64,000 bases of DNA from Heterodontus francisci (Eukaryota). The DNA lies in NCBI RefSeq assembly GCF_036365525.1, contig NC_090389.1:45426356-45490355 (forward strand), given 5' to 3'. Position numbers and translations under genes: made by a program. The notes beneath the pieces are model-generated. The model worked only from the letters and a program-made list of their open reading frames with translations. It searched no databases and was not told the origin of the DNA. Below are positions 38,988-53,185 of the stretch, in pieces; the first letter of the stretch is position 1; every line of letters begins with the position of its first letter.

Positions 38988-41900
38988 AGTCATGGAGTCA
39001 GAGAGTATTTACAGCACAGAAGGAGACCATTCAGCCCATCAGGTCCATGCTGGCTCTACAAGGAACAATCCAGTCAGTTCCATTCCCCAGCTTTATCCCC
39101 ACTACCCTGCAACTTTATTTTTCTCAAGTGCTCATCCAATTCCTTTCTGAAATCATTCATCCTCTCTGCTTCCACCACCCTTGTAGGCAGCAAGTTCCAG
39201 GCCATTACCACTCGCTGCATAAAAAAGATCTTCCTCACATCCCCCTGCAACTCTTGCCCAAAACCTTTAAACTGTATGCCCTAGTCTTTGTACTGTCAGC
39301 TAATGGGAATACCTTTTCTTTGTCTACCTTATATAAACCTGTCATAATCTTATACACCTCTAACAAATCTCCCCTCAATCTCCTTTGCCCAAGTAGAACA
39401 ACCACAGCTTCTCCAACCCAACCTTGTAGCTAAAATCCCCCATCCCGGGAACTATTCTGGTAAATCTCTTCTGCATCCTCCCAAGGACATCCTTCCGAAA
39501 GTGACCAGAACTGGATACAAAACTCTAGTTGGGGCCCAACCAGAGCTTTAAAAAGGTTCAGCATGACTTCCCTATTTTTGTACTCAATGCATCTATTTAT
39601 TTAGTCTATATCGCCTGTCCCTATCCTTTCTTCCAAAATGCATCACCTCACACTTCTCTGTACTAAACTCCATCTGCCACTTGTCTGCCCATTCTGCTAA
39701 CCTATCTATGCCCTGTTGCAGTCGATTGGTATCAACCTCAATCTCTGTCACACCTCCAAATTTGGTATCATTGGCAAATTTTGAAATTTTACTCTATATT
39801 CCAAAATCCGTATCATTTATATATATCAAAAAACAATAGTCCTAGTACTGACCCTTGGGAAACACGACAGTCTACCATCCTCCAGTCTGAAAACAACCAT
39901 TTACCATGACTCGCTGTTTTTTTATCCAATTGGACACTGACCCTCCTATTCCATGAGCCTCAATTTTGTTAACCAGCCTTTTATGCAATACTTTGTCAAA
40001 CGCTTTCTTACAATCCGTGGAGACAACATCCATTGCTTTCCCTCCATCAATCTTCATCAAAAGAAATTGAATTAGATTATTCAAGCACGAGCTGCCTTTT
40101 ACAACTCCATGCTGGCTCTCCTTAACTAACTCAAACCTCTCCAAGTGCCTGTTGATTTTTTTCCCTGATTATTGTTTCTGAAACCTTTCTCACTACTGAT
40201 GTTAAACTGACCAGCCTGTAGTTACTAGGAATGTTCTTACACCCTTTCATGAATAAGGGTGTCGCATTTGCCACTCTCCAATCCTCTGACACCTTTCCCA
40301 TATCTATGTAAGATTGTAAGATTATGGCAAACCCTTCCACTATCACCACTCCCAACTATTATGCAAGTCATCCAGACTGAGCGACTTATCCACTCTAAGC
40401 ACAGCCAACCTTTTTAGTACATCCTTCCTATCAATTGTCACCCCATCCATTATCTCTACCATCTCTCCTTCTACTGATATTTTGTCAGCATCCTCTTCCT
40501 TAGTAAACACCAATATAAAGTACTCATTAAACATTCTAGCCTTGTCCTGTGCTTCTAAACATATATCACCCTCTTTGTCCCTAATAGGCTTCACCCCATC
40601 TCTTACTACCCACTTATTATTTACATACTGGGAGAAGAGATTTGCTTTCCCTTTTATGTTAACTGCCATTCTATTTGTTTATTCTCCCTTTAATGTTCTT
40701 ATTTTTCTCTTCACTTCCCTTCTGAACTTATTGTATTGGGCTGGTCCTCAGCTGAAGAATTTATCATATCCTCTATCTCGTTTGTCATTCAAAAATCCCT
40801 GGCTTTGGTTCCCTTACCTTTTGCCCTTGTTGTAATGTACCTAGCCTGTTCCTGAAACATCTCCTCCTTAAAGATCATCCATTGTCTTTTACAGTTTTTC
40901 CTGTCAATCTTTGGTTCCATTTTACCCTGGCTAGATCCCCTCCCATCCCATTGAGGTTAGCCCTTTTCCAACTTAGAAATTCTACTTTAGATTGTGCCTT
41001 GCTCTTCTCCATTACTAATCTAAACCTTATGATACAATGCTCACTCTTACCCAAGTGCCCCCCCACAGGTACTTGTTCCACTTGGCCCACCTTATTCCCC
41101 AGCACCAGATCCAGCAATGCCTCCTTCTTGGTTGGACCGAGAACATACTGGTCAAGGAAGTTCTCGTGAAAACATTTCAGAAATTCCTCCCCCTCCTTAC
41201 CCTTTACTCTAACAATATCCCAATTGATATTTGAGTAATTGAAGTCTATCAAAATCACCACCCTCTAGTTCTTGCACATCTCTGTTATTTCCCTGCAGAT
41301 TTGCTCCTCTATCTCTCTCCCTTACTATTTGGAAACCTATAGAATCCTCCAGTAATCATATCCTTTTTGCTTTTCAAGTCTAACCAAATAGATTCTGTCT
41401 TTGCCCCCCTCAAGGACATCCTCTCTTTCCAACACTTTAGTGTCTTCGCTAATCAGTATTGCCACCCACCCCTCTTTTTCCTTCCCTATCTTTCCTGAAC
41501 ACTTTGTATCCTTGAATATTAAGTGCCCAGTCTTTATCATTTTAAGCCACTTTTCAGTTATTGCCACTGCATCATATTCCTACCTGGATATTTGTGCTTG
41601 TAGCTTATCCACCACACTTAATGTGTTTACATAAATGCATTGTAAATCTATCATTATATTCCTTTTTAGTCTGCTCCAATCTAATATGGTACTACTTCCT
41701 TCTCTAGTACTATCTGACACTCTCACTCCTTTATGCATCTTATTCCTCTTTTCGACTTCGATTAACTGGACTCCCACCCACGGCCAATTTAGTTTAAATC
41801 CTCCCCAACCACACTAGTGAACCTCCCTGCGAGGTCATTGGCCCCAGTCCTGTTGAGGTGCAACCCATATTTTTTGAATAGGTGACTCCTGCCCCAGAAC

Positions 41901-43060
41901 TTGTCCCAATGTCCCAGGAATCTGAAGCCCTCCCTCCTGCACCATGCCTCAGCCACACATTAATCCTCCCTATCTTCTTATTTCTACTCTCGCTAGCTTG
42001 TAGCATTGGCAGTAATCCGGAGATTACTTCCTTCGAGATCCTACTTTTTAACTTTCTCCCTAGCTCCTGAAAATTTGCCTGCAGGATCTGAATACTTGCT
42101 CTCTCTATACCTTTGGTACTGATGTGTACCACAACTTCTGGCTCACTCCCTTCCCCCTGCAGAATATTCTTCACTCTCTCTATGATGTCCTTTAACTAGG
42201 CACCAAGGAGGCAACACACTATACGGGACTCACGATGATGGTTACAGAAATGCCTACCTCCTGACAATGGAATCTGCTAGAATGACTGCATTTCTACTTT
42301 TTGCTGTTCCCTCCTGAACATCCCCTTGCCAAGTGGTGCCACGGTCTGGACTGCACTCTTTCAAGGTGTTGTCACTCGCAACAGTCTCCAAAGCTGAGTA
42401 GCGTTTTGAGAGTGGCATACGCCTGCATTTTCTGCCTCTTCCAGATGGCCACCTATCTACTATCCTGAATTCTCACTGTCTGTGGGGTGATCACCTCTTG
42501 GAATGTACAATCCAGGAAAATCTCATCCTCCCTGATGCTCCACAGTGACTCCAGCTGCCCCTCATGCTGAGCTTGAGCTCAAGCAGCTGGAGACATTCCC
42601 TACACACGTGGTCCCCCCAAGATACATGAACTGTCTTGAAGTTCTCACATGGTGCAGGAATTGCAAGCAACAGTTCTCAGCTGCCCATCTATGATCTAAA
42701 AAAAATTTCTATTGCCTCCTTTAGAATCTAGTTGGTACATTGTTTAAACTATCAATTTGAATTAATGTCTCTAGACCTGCTCTGTGCTAATACTCCTCTG
42801 TATTCACTTACTGCTATACTTATCCTGATTGATATTTTTAATAATTAATTTAAGTAGTTAAGCTATAAATTTAATACAGTAATTTATAGTTTCCCAGTCC
42901 TAGTTTAAACCACTGCCCTAGTTTTAAAAAAAACCCTAATACTCACCAACAATCACCTGCCTGCTGTCCTCTGACGTCACTCCTTGCTTTTTTGGATATA
43001 CACCAGTCAGGTCTGCTCTCTCTCTCTCTCTCTCTCTCTTTTATTCTCCGCCACCGCTGC
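38988..43060 (-). mobile_element. Near full-length degenerate CR1 LINE (ORF1 zinc finger and SGNH esterase; ORF2 APE and RT)
   Basis: ORF1 EPEVVVHIST...ELGRKLKSRISKEVISGLLP; APE MAITEKWL, DFNYSNINW, LDLVLGN, SEHCII; RT DWRVANATPLF, NYRLVSLTS, KAFDKV. Confidence 0.9.
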
Positions 43061-43495
43061 TGGTATCTCTGATCAGACCACACTGTTGGTGAATGATGAA
43101 ACGATTGCATTAACCAAGAACAAATTAAAAGCAATATGATGTCTCCTTGATCTTTAGCTCTAATAAACATTGCTTTATCTGATGAGCAGTAAGTGTGCTG
43201 CTTAGACTGTGCATACAATCGGTGGGTAAAAGCAACCCACTCCTCCACTATAACCAAATGCATCAGGCTCTCCTTATTCAGTTTTTGCTTTCTCAATTTT
43301 TCCTTTTTATCCTCTTCTCTTCTGAATGCAACAACAGCTGTTGTGATATAATTCTATAAACACCAGCAGTCTTCTCCATCAGTAAATTTTATTTATTAAG
43401 GTATAAATAATTTTCCATAATTTTGTAAACATTTATAAGATGATAGGTGGTGCAACAGTAAGTCACTTTTGAATTAAAATAAACTAAAATAATTA

Positions 43496-44250
43496 GGCCA
43501 TGATTTGCTGTGACAGGACATTCAACAGCAGCTGACATTAGTTAGACTTGCCCTTGCACGTTTAGGTTTTAAAAATTTTTGTGTGGTAAGTTGTCAAAAG
43601 TGCGAGTTGATAATGGTGCAGTGAGGGAAATAGGGCCTCCGGGACCTGAGTGAACAAGGCAACCAACTGTGCATCTCCTTAACCAATCAAATTGATGGAT
43701 TGTGAAATTAACAGTGCAAGGATAGAGAAGGAAGTTTAAACTGGAGTTGGTGAACTTAATGACAAATCAGATGCAGAAAGAGAAATGAAGAGAGGGAAAG
43801 AAAGAGAGAGAAAAAAGGAAAAGTAAACAAAAATTAAAATTTTACATTTTTAAAATCACCAAAATTTAATACCTGAAGGAATGAGTATCTGCACTTGTTA
43901 CAGTTAATTTTCAGTGTCAGAAAGGTTGATGCGCACTGATTAACACTTACTGTGTCATTTAAAGGATACTTAGACTGGAATGGACAAGACTTAACTTGCT
44001 GTGGTGAGATTAGTTCATATCTATAGTGCAAGTACAACTTCATGCAATTAAATGCATTTCAATGGTGAGGCAGAGTGTGAAATGCAGTTTTCGTGAATCT
44101 AAAGACATAATGGCACATATCTGACAGTAACCTTTGGATTTCTGCATTTATTTGAATATGTGTCCTTGCTTGAAGTTGCTGTGGCTTTTGCGCTTAAATA
44201 ACAGCAAACACTATTAGCCTCACTGTTATTTTGAGAGCAAATTAGGGGCC
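43496..44250 (+). mobile_element. MITE with Harbinger-like TIRs
   Basis: ggccatgatttgct / agcaaattaggggcc; internal homology to 3590-3962; TSD not preserved. Confidence 0.6.
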
Positions 44251-46576
44251 ATGAAGCCACTGTGTAAAAACTGTAGTTCAGTTGAGATATTCTGTGAAAT
44301 GATTTTAACGTACTATCACATAACATGTATTGAAATAAACTGTTTCAGGAAAATTATTTTCTAGAAGCTTAGAGTATGTTGTTCAGTGAATTGAGCTGGG
44401 AACACATTAGCTTTTGCATTAATGCAGAAAAAAACTGGTATGAGAGTTATATAATAATACAGCTTAAACACATGTCCCTCGTATTGTACATTTAGAAAAT
44501 CTGCCATGTAAACTAATCATTTGGGTAAATAGAACTAAAAGTAAATGTCGGACAGAATTTGCTGTTTGACTGAGCCTATTATATCATTGTAAATAATTAT
44601 TTGAATTTCATCTAACCTCCATTATGTGGTAAATATACATTTGAAAATTGATTCAAATATAAATCCTCATGCCAGCCACCAATTGCCTTGTTAGATATGA
44701 CAGAAATGAGAGGTAGATTTCCATGGAGTACATGTAATGCATCAGCAATCTGCCATCACTCTGCAGTTATCCTAAATGATCATGACAATCAAAGCCAGGA
44801 GAGAAATTTCATATCAAACAAAAAATTGAAGCAGTGATGACCTTTGATCAAATCAACTTCTGATGTGCTGCCACAAAAATTGCATTAAAAGCATTTACAC
44901 TGGATTGTTATGTAAAGAATAACATTCGTGTGTGTTATAAAACAGCAGTGAGGTTAAATATGTGTCTTATTAATAAACATGGCTGCAGGAAATTTGATTG
45001 ATGTCCAGAGTTGGGAAACATGGTTCAGCTCTAAAGGTCCTTTGATGCCTTAACTCGAAGGAACTAAAAATATATCGTAACTGTACAAAATTAAACAGAT
45101 AAATTTCCTTGAACACATTTCCTTTCAATATTCTTTGAGTGTATTTGCATTCATAATTTAATATTTTCCCAAAGAGCATAAGCCAAACCATTGTTTTTGA
45201 TGTATTACATCTCCATAAATGTGTGTGAACTGGAATGAATTTCAATTAAACAAAATGAAATTTACTCTTTTCTGAACGTTGAAATCACACAAGATTCACA
45301 CATTAAGAATTTACTTCCATCAGTAAAGATCCTCTGGTAATGACTACATCATAGCAATTTGATATTTTACTATTTTGTCTTTCTGCTTGGGGCTTCTGTT
45401 ATTCTGTTTGTACTACAAAGGCACTATTTTATTTAAGTCAAATTTTCTATGATAATTTTTAATTTCTGTTTTATGCAACTTTCCTAAGTCTAAAACATTG
45501 ATACTACCACTGAATATGTCAATTTAAAAGTCTCTCATAGTTAGAATCTAAGTAATTTATAGTCGCAAGTTTATCTCAAGATGCTGTCATTATATTTGTA
45601 ATGCACTTATGTTAAAGCTACAGTCTGTTACAAAAAGGGATGGATGAAGCCATCTGTGGAGTGTAAATTTTATAGATTCTGAGAAAGCTTTTGGGAATAC
45701 AGACAGATTGTTGTGGGAAATTACAGGATTGTATGAAATACCAGAAACATTTGCAAATGGTTTTGGAAAGTTATGCAATGGAATGAAATGTTGTGTGAAA
45801 GTGGATAAAGGGATGGTAGCATGTTTTCCAAAAAAGCAGAAAATGGCCAAAATTGAAAACTAGCAAAAGCTAACCAACAGCTCTAGCAAAGGTGTTAACT
45901 TAAAACTGGCACTGACATGCAAAATCAAGTTAGTTACATGGGTTTCGTACCTTAAGTGTTAGATGCACGCAACATTTCTTTGCCTGAAATGGAGAAAAAA
46001 ATATCGGTACATGAAAGGGACAATAAGCATTTTGAATAAGTTCTCCACTTGAAAATAACCTAATTTCAAATCATTAAACATTACTTTAAAAAGCTATACT
46101 TAACTATTAATAGTTTCAATGGTGTACATAAGTCTGTTTCTTAGTAAATTAAGTGCACCTTAATATGAAAAAAAATCTCTTAAGAAGTGCCCATTAGTGC
46201 CTGCGGGGCAAAGATGATGAATGGAATTTGATGAGGCTTCAGGAATCAGCACAATTGATGGAATCTCACTGGGGAACCAGTTTTGTGGGTGGGGCTTAAT
46301 TCAGATATATTGAATCTTGAAGCAGTTTAAATAATGCGGAATGCACAAGCATAAGTGGTTTTGTGCGTAACTCACTTACCCTTAAAATTTCCTAATCTTT
46401 TGCACGAATTCGGCTGATTCCACCTGGATTTCGCTTACAAATGGCCGCATCCAGTCAAAATTCAGGATTTTGAGACAGACTGAAGCATTCAAGCAAAAAC
46501 TTTAATGGAGGCTTTACAAGACACAAAACACAAGTCAATGGATAAATAAAAATGTGATTTTTAACATTTTATTTCA

Positions 46577-47686
46577 CTCTTACTCTTTGGCCTCCTTATT
46601 TCGAGAGACAATGGATAAGCGCCTGGAGGTGGTCAGTGGTTTGTGAAGCAGCACCTGGAGTGGCTATAAAAGCCAATTCTAGAGTGACAGACTCTTCCAC
46701 AGGTGCTGCAAAGAAATTTGTTTGTCGGGGCTGTTACACAGTTGGCTATCCCCTTGCGCCTCTGTCTTTTTCCCTGCCAACTACTACGTCTCTTCGACTC
46801 GCCACACTTTAGCCCCGTCTTTATGGCTGCCCGCCAGCTCTGGCGAACGCTGGCAACTGACTCCCACGACTTGTGATCAATGTCACAGGATTTCATGTCG
46901 TGTTTGCAGACGTCTTTAAAGCGGAGACATGGACGGCCGGTGGGTCTGATGCCAGTGGCGAGCTCGCTGTACAATGTGTCTTTGGGGATCCTGCCATCTT
47001 CCATGCGGCTCACATGGCCAAGCCATCTCAAGCGCCGCTGACTCAGTAGTGTATATAAGCTGGGGATGTTGGCTGCCTCGAAGACTTCTGTGTTGGAGAT
47101 ACGGTCCTGCCACCTGATGCCAAGTATTCTCCGGAGGCAGCGAAGATGGAATTAATTGAGACGTCGCTCTTGGCTGACATACGTTGTCCAGGCCTCGCTG
47201 CCATAGAGCAAGGTACTGAGGACACAGGCCTGATACACTCGGACTTTTGTGTTCCGTGTCAGTGTGCCATTTTCCCACACTCTCTTGGCCAGTCTGGACA
47301 TAGCAGTGGAAGCCTTTCCCATGCGCTTGTTGATTTCTGCATCTAGAGACAGGTTACTGGTGATAGTTGAGCCTAGCTAGGTGAACTCTTGAACCACTTC
47401 CAGAACGTGGTCGCCAATATTGATGGATGGAGCATTTCTGACGTCCTGCCCCATGATGTTCATTTTCTTGAGGCTGATGATTAGGTCAAATTCATTGCAG
47501 GCAGCCGCAAACCTGTCGATGAGACTCTGCAGGCACTCTTCAGTGTGAGATGTTAAAGCAGCATCGTCAGCAAAGAGGAGTTCCCTGATGAGGACTTTCC
47601 GTACTTTGGACTTCGCTCTTAGACAGGCAAGGTTGAACAACCTGCCCCCTGATCTTGTGTGGAGGAAAATTCCTTCTTCAGAGGAC
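46577..47686 (-). mobile_element. 5'-truncated RTE LINE copy (second subfamily, frameshifted)
   Basis: Reverse-complement match to ~900-1995; probable TSD tatttca (46570-46576, 47687-47693). Confidence 0.93.
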
Positions 47687-47939
47687 TATTTCAACCTTTA
47701 TGAAATTAGAAATTTCAATTATTGAGAAAAAAGTGTGAATCAAAAATACTCAGTTGAAGGTGGCCAAAACTGGTCCACAGTGCAACTGAGTGAACAGAGT
47801 GTGCAATTACAGATATTGGGGTTGTATGTATCCAGATAGAGCAGTGAGCAAAGAATAACCACTGGTCGGAAAGTTCATTACATTTGCCTGCCTTTCAGTT
47901 TTCATGCAGAATAATAAATCTCAGCATAAAACCAAACAT

Positions 47940-48038
47940 TTCTGATGTTGGGTCACTGACCCGAAACGTTAACTCTGCTTCTCTTTCCACAGATGCTGCC
48001 AGACCTGCTGAGTGGTTCCAGCATTTCTTGTTTTTATT
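47940..48038 (+). mobile_element. Penelope-derived hammerhead mini-element
   Basis: CTGATGt t gggtc act gaccc GAAACGTT aactc...gtttttatt; degenerate TSD (accaaacatt / cccacaacatt). Confidence 0.75.
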
Positions 48039-48396
48039 AGCCCACAACATTATGCTGAAATGAAAATAGTCATCAAACATTGGAGTAAACTCGGTCCAAA
48101 ACTAATGCATGAAAGATGTTATACATCACTTGATGTGAAAGGACAAAATTAAGGCATTAGATATATACTTGGGCAGCTTGAAACTATAGGGGAAGATTTT
48201 CTCTTTTCATTAGGTGTAGTGAGGTGTTTGTAAAGAACATTATTTACAATTTGAATGCACACAGCAGACAGAGGGAATCTTCTCAACACATTACACAGGA
48301 ATGAAGCTTCCTGTATTTTGACATTTAGCTTCCATGGACAACAGTGTCCTTTTTTAAATAGATCTGGAACTGGAGACAAGATCACCCCAAAATTAT

Positions 48397-49134
48397 GAGC
48401 TGAATTTTTCCAGCTCGCCACCGATCAGCTTCAAAACAGCACGGCTCACCCGTGAGATGTGCACTGTGGAGCTGCCGTGATATTTTGTCCAGCGACTCAT
48501 TTAAATGGACGGGGTGGACGTTGAGGGTGTGGACTCTCCATCCCCGACAACGGCTTCCGGCACCATTTTTAAAGGGCTCCAGGCCCCTCCGCATCATTTC
48601 AACATTTGCAGTGAAAGGAGAGAGAAAAATAAACACAGTTTCAATCCCCTCTCCCACCCCCCCATAACTAATCATTTTATTAATTGCCCTCTCCTCCCAA
48701 AAACACTTTTCTTCTGATCCCGAACTTTACTAACTTTGACCTTCAACCCCTTCCCACCATCCCCTCAACCAATAGCAAGAGTTTTCCCTGGTCCCCTCCC
48801 CCCACCCTGAAAACTTCACTCCTCCTCCCTCCCCACCAGAGTTCCACCTCAGAGATCTGAAGGCGCGGGACTTCCAGCAACCAGCTGGAATATCGGTGTG
48901 GGATGGCCATCGCAAAGAGGTAAGTACTTATGCATTAATTAAAATTTATTTAAATAAAGTTCCTGTCGCCGAGCGGTGGTGGGGGTGGGCGATCTGCCAT
49001 GAGGCCTCACCGCCGGTGGTAATATGGGGCGGGGCCTTCCCGGCATCGAGGCCCATGGCGGGCCTCTCCTGAAGGTATTTTCTGGGTCCTCCCGCCACAA
49101 CCCCCAACATCAGGGGGCTGGTAAAATCCAGGCC
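48397..49134. mobile_element. Non-autonomous Harbinger-type element
   Basis: TIRs gagctgaatttt / aaaatccaggcc, flanks TAT/AAT; right end resembles 34330-34475. Confidence 0.7.
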
Positions 49135-50879
49135 AATGAGACTGAAATTGATAAATCACTTGAGTGAGATGAGGAATAAAGCCAGTAGTTCTTCCTTGTA
49201 TGGTCACATGTTGCTACTCCAGGGTGTTGCACCACTTTTTGGATTGGTTTGTAGGTTTTGCATTCCTCTGCATTTTTGTAATCCTCTCTGATTGAGAAAG
49301 CAAAGTAGTCATCCTTCATTACCTAGGTGTCATCGATGCTGCTGCAACTTCAACCACTGCCTGGTGCTGCTGTGATAAATTAAGTTCTCTTTCCCACCCC
49401 CAGTCCCTTCATTCCTTGGCAAGCCTCACACTTTTAGACAATGCCACGCCTGACAATGCAGCGAACATTGACAATTCCCATTCCAGTAGATATTGGTCTG
49501 AATCTTAGCAGCACCTGAGCATCAGACCTAAGCTTTCCAGTTCTTGACAATACTGTGTCTCATTGCTTTGTCACGCATTTGAAGTTTACCAGAAACCAGT
49601 GCATTTCAGAGTAAAGAATAATTTCAAAACCTGAATAAGTTCCAGCATTTAAAATATATACCAATATGCTAAGATCATTTATTTTCGTGGAGAATTGTGA
49701 TCCCATGAACTGAGATTGACTTTCTGGGAGTTTTTCCTTTTCACATTGCAGAGACTGAAATGTCACACAAAGCTCAAGTCTTCTGATTTGTTTCTAGTTA
49801 AGTTTGTGAAAGGGGCAATATTTAATTGAGAATTATATATGTGACACTGTCTGTGCTAAAAACTGAGCTTATTTTGTAGCATAGTGGGATTTCAATTTTC
49901 ATTAATTTGGCTCAGATGGACAGCACTTAAAAATTAATTAAACAACCTTAGACTTGTGCCCAGAAAGCAGAATAGTTTGAACTTGTGAGATGAAGAAATG
50001 GCTCCTTTCGAAAACTCTGAGGTCTTATTCAGCTGGTATAAGATGTCAAAGTTATTTGAGCTATATAAGTGAATGGTTTGACATCCAGTTGCTTTTGAAC
50101 AGTAAGTTAGCCCCAGTAGCAGCTGGTATCAATGAGTAAAGTTGTGAGCTCTTCCTTCCTATGCCAGCTGATTCCCAATTCCGGCTGACAGATGTTGCCT
50201 TGTAATTAGTTTTTAATGTGGAAGGCCATATATCAGTGCTGCAGCTACAGCCTTTTATAATAATATACCTTGTACAGTCAGCTGTATGAAGGGTCAAATG
50301 TTATGAGTTCTAATAAAACTGTGCTCAAAACAGCATTGCTCTTTTCAGAACTCATCAAATTATGTTCAGTTGTGACTGCAATGACACTCTCACTCTCCAG
50401 ATCGTTTCCGATAATCATTTCACTAATAATGTACATCTAAACTTTGTGAGAATAACAAATAGGATAGAATTACTGCCTAATATGGCTATCTGTATAAATG
50501 CCATGGTATCCATATTTCATTCATTCTTACACCCATCCATGACTGGTTGTTCCAGGGAATTCCAGTCTCCCTGTGTCCACCATTCTCATACACTAAAATA
50601 TAACAATGCAGCTGTCCCTCAATACATATTGGATTTTGTGATGTAGCTGCCAGTTCTGCTGTCAGGACTGGAAATGGGTGTGACTTATGCAGGGCCATGA
50701 GCGGTTGGTCAATTAAGGCAAATGAGGCATAGGGGCTGACCAATTATGTGGATGGGGGTGGGGCAGGGGTGGAGGCGGAGATGCCGGTGTCAGCTGATGC
50801 TGTGTCAGGTGCTGACACCATTTTTAAAGGACTGCCAGACCTGTATTCAATGTTGCTATCCGTATTAATAGGATTTCCA

Positions 50880-51600
50880 GAGAACCTCTCCTCTGCATCT
50901 GTGTGAGGGTTGCTCACAGGAATCAGTAACCATATCCTCAGTGGATAGTCTTTGTCTTCAAGGATCCATCCTTGAGGACATGCGGGTAGCCGATAAAGCT
51001 CTGGCACCTTGGACTGCCTCAAAATGTAGGCATTGTAACAATTCCCTGGGAAGCATGCACACATCTGCAGGATCCGGTTACAATGGTTGCAGACTAGTTG
51101 TACATTGAGGTAAAAGCAAAATACTGCGGATGCTGGAAATCTGAAACAAAAACAAGAAATGCTGGAATCACTCAGCAGGTCTGGCAGCATCTGTGGAAAG
51201 AGAAGCAGAGTTAACGACATTGAGGCCTTGATGGCCACGTGCATGCAATTGATGGCACCCTGCACCTGGGGGAATCCAGCAATGGTCCTGAACCTGATGA
51301 ACCTCTCAGCCTGAGAGTTGGGATCCGTGCAGAAGCGCACATAGTCACTGGCCCTCCTGTAAAGGGCATTGGTGCGCTTTTTGATGCAACGGCAGGCTGC
51401 TGACTGTGAGATCCCATACATCTCCTCAGTGGATCCCTGGAATGATCCAGACGTGTAGAAGTCAGTGCCACAATGACCTTCAGCGCCTCTGGCATTGGAT
51501 TTCTACCAAGTCCCCTGGGGCACAGCTCATCCTGTATCATAGCGAATAGGTCAGTGATGGCCTCCCTAGCTTTGGACATTTGCAAGTAGTTGAGCCTTAG
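50880..51600 (-). pseudogene. Third Harbinger transposase remnant (host of the large LTR element)
   Basis: PMPEALKVIVAL; YGISQSAACRCI; IAGFPQVQGAINCMHVAIKA; LNVQLVCNH; GWILEDKDYPL. Confidence 0.88.
51111..51216 (-). mobile_element. Penelope-derived mini-element starting 4 nt before the predicted hammerhead cleavage site
   Basis: 9-bp TSD acattgagg (51102-51110, 51217-51225); the minus strand begins cgttaactctg. Confidence 0.8.
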
Positions 51601-51805
51601 TCGGTCAGGGAAGCCACCTATTTTTCCTCTCTGCCATCTTCACTACTGTCTGGAGGCTACTGCTGACCCTCACCCTCACAGGTGGTTGAGGTGCCGCTGA
51701 TAGTGCCTGGACCTCCCTCCCACTCTGCTGTACCTCCTCTTCAGAGGGGTCCCCGAAGCCTGGATGAATGAGATCCTTGATAGGTGGCCTCTCCCTAAGT
51801 ACAAG

Positions 51806-52688
51806 TGTAAGATCTGGGCTTTGCTTTAATTTAATTGTAAGACTTAGGTCAATTACAATTACTGTCTAAGTTGGGCGAGCAGTTGTAACAGGGACTTAGA
51901 GCTCAGACTAGCTACAAAACCACACGGGTATGAGAGTGCTTTCACAAACTTCACAAATTTTATTAAGTTTTCCACAATAAGCACAAAATCATTAAACTTA
52001 GCAAAGGGCAGTGATCAGCAGTTGCATTCACTATGGAACACAGGTCCTCAACCTCTGGTTAACTGCAGCGTCTTGTCTCTTGATTGAAATCTATCTTCTG
52101 TCTTCTTCTTGATGATGATGTGCGCTTTTGGGGACCCAAAAGTTCTTAATTTATACACCTTTTCCAGCTTGGTTCTGTGTCATATTAGATAAAACCCCAT
52201 TTCTGTTCATTTGATTGGTCAGTTGTTAGCTAACTGCCCTTCCATGATGGTACTTTGAGCCTGATTTAAGTCATTGGCATTGTCATCCAGTGGTGAGGTG
52301 GGGGGTGGGGGGGAGGGTGCGACCCTCCAGTTTTGTGATTCCTTGCTGTGTGTTCATCAACAAAGACCATTTAATGTGATTGACATGCGCTTGTCCTGTT
52401 TCACAGCTATTTGGCTAGACATGTTTCCAGTCTTTACTGTTTAAAAATCTAACAGGCTCTCAGAGGTTATCCACATTCTAACAACTTTTAAACAAAGGAT
52501 CTTTGCATGGTCTGAATTAGTCCTTTTCATCATTCTCGACATACCATGACATGAACAGAACTCTAGCTAACATTCAACTGAGCTTATCCATCATGCTTTT
52601 GTGGTTATGTTACAATTTTAAACGATGTACTTAAGGATATGACAACTAAGTTCTAACAGTACTATAATAAAATAAACTCAACCCTACA
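51806..52688 (-). repeat. 3' LTR (883 bp)
   Basis: Direct repeat of 62161-63823 once insertions are removed; minus-strand CCAAT (~52215), TATAAA (~52152) and AATAAA (~51960) in the expected order. Confidence 0.92.
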
Positions 52689-52829
52689 GTATCCCCACCT
52701 TAAGGGTGAAGGAAACAGATACCTCATAATCAAGGTTTGAAAATATCCTAAAGTTTTCCGTAACAATACACTATATCCTTCTACTATCATTTACATCTGA
52801 TCCCAGTGCTGCTCATACCCTTGTTCACA

Positions 52830-53185
52830 GCTACCAGGAGGGCAGAGGAAATGCTACAAGGATGTCCTTAAAGCCTCCCTGAAAAAATATGACATCTCCA
52901 CTGCTTCGTGGAAATCTCTTGCCTGAGACTGCCCAAAATGAAGAAGCATCACGACGGTGTCAGCCAATTCCAACAATGTCGACATGTCCAGGCAGTGACC
53001 AAGTGCAAACAGAGGAAAGAGCGTTCGGAAATTCGAGCATCCCATTCTCTCGCCTCACCAAACACCACCTGCCCCACCTGTGGCAGAGTGTGCAGATCCA
53101 GAATTGGACTATTCAGTCACTTAAGGACCCACAACCTTGGAGTGGAAGAACGTCATCCTCATTCCCAAGGAACTGCTTAAGAAGA
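52830..53185 (+). mobile_element. 3' end of a different RTE-family LINE
   Basis: GGQRKCYKDVLKASLKK...TTCPTCGRVCRSRIGLFSHLRTH. Confidence 0.8.
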
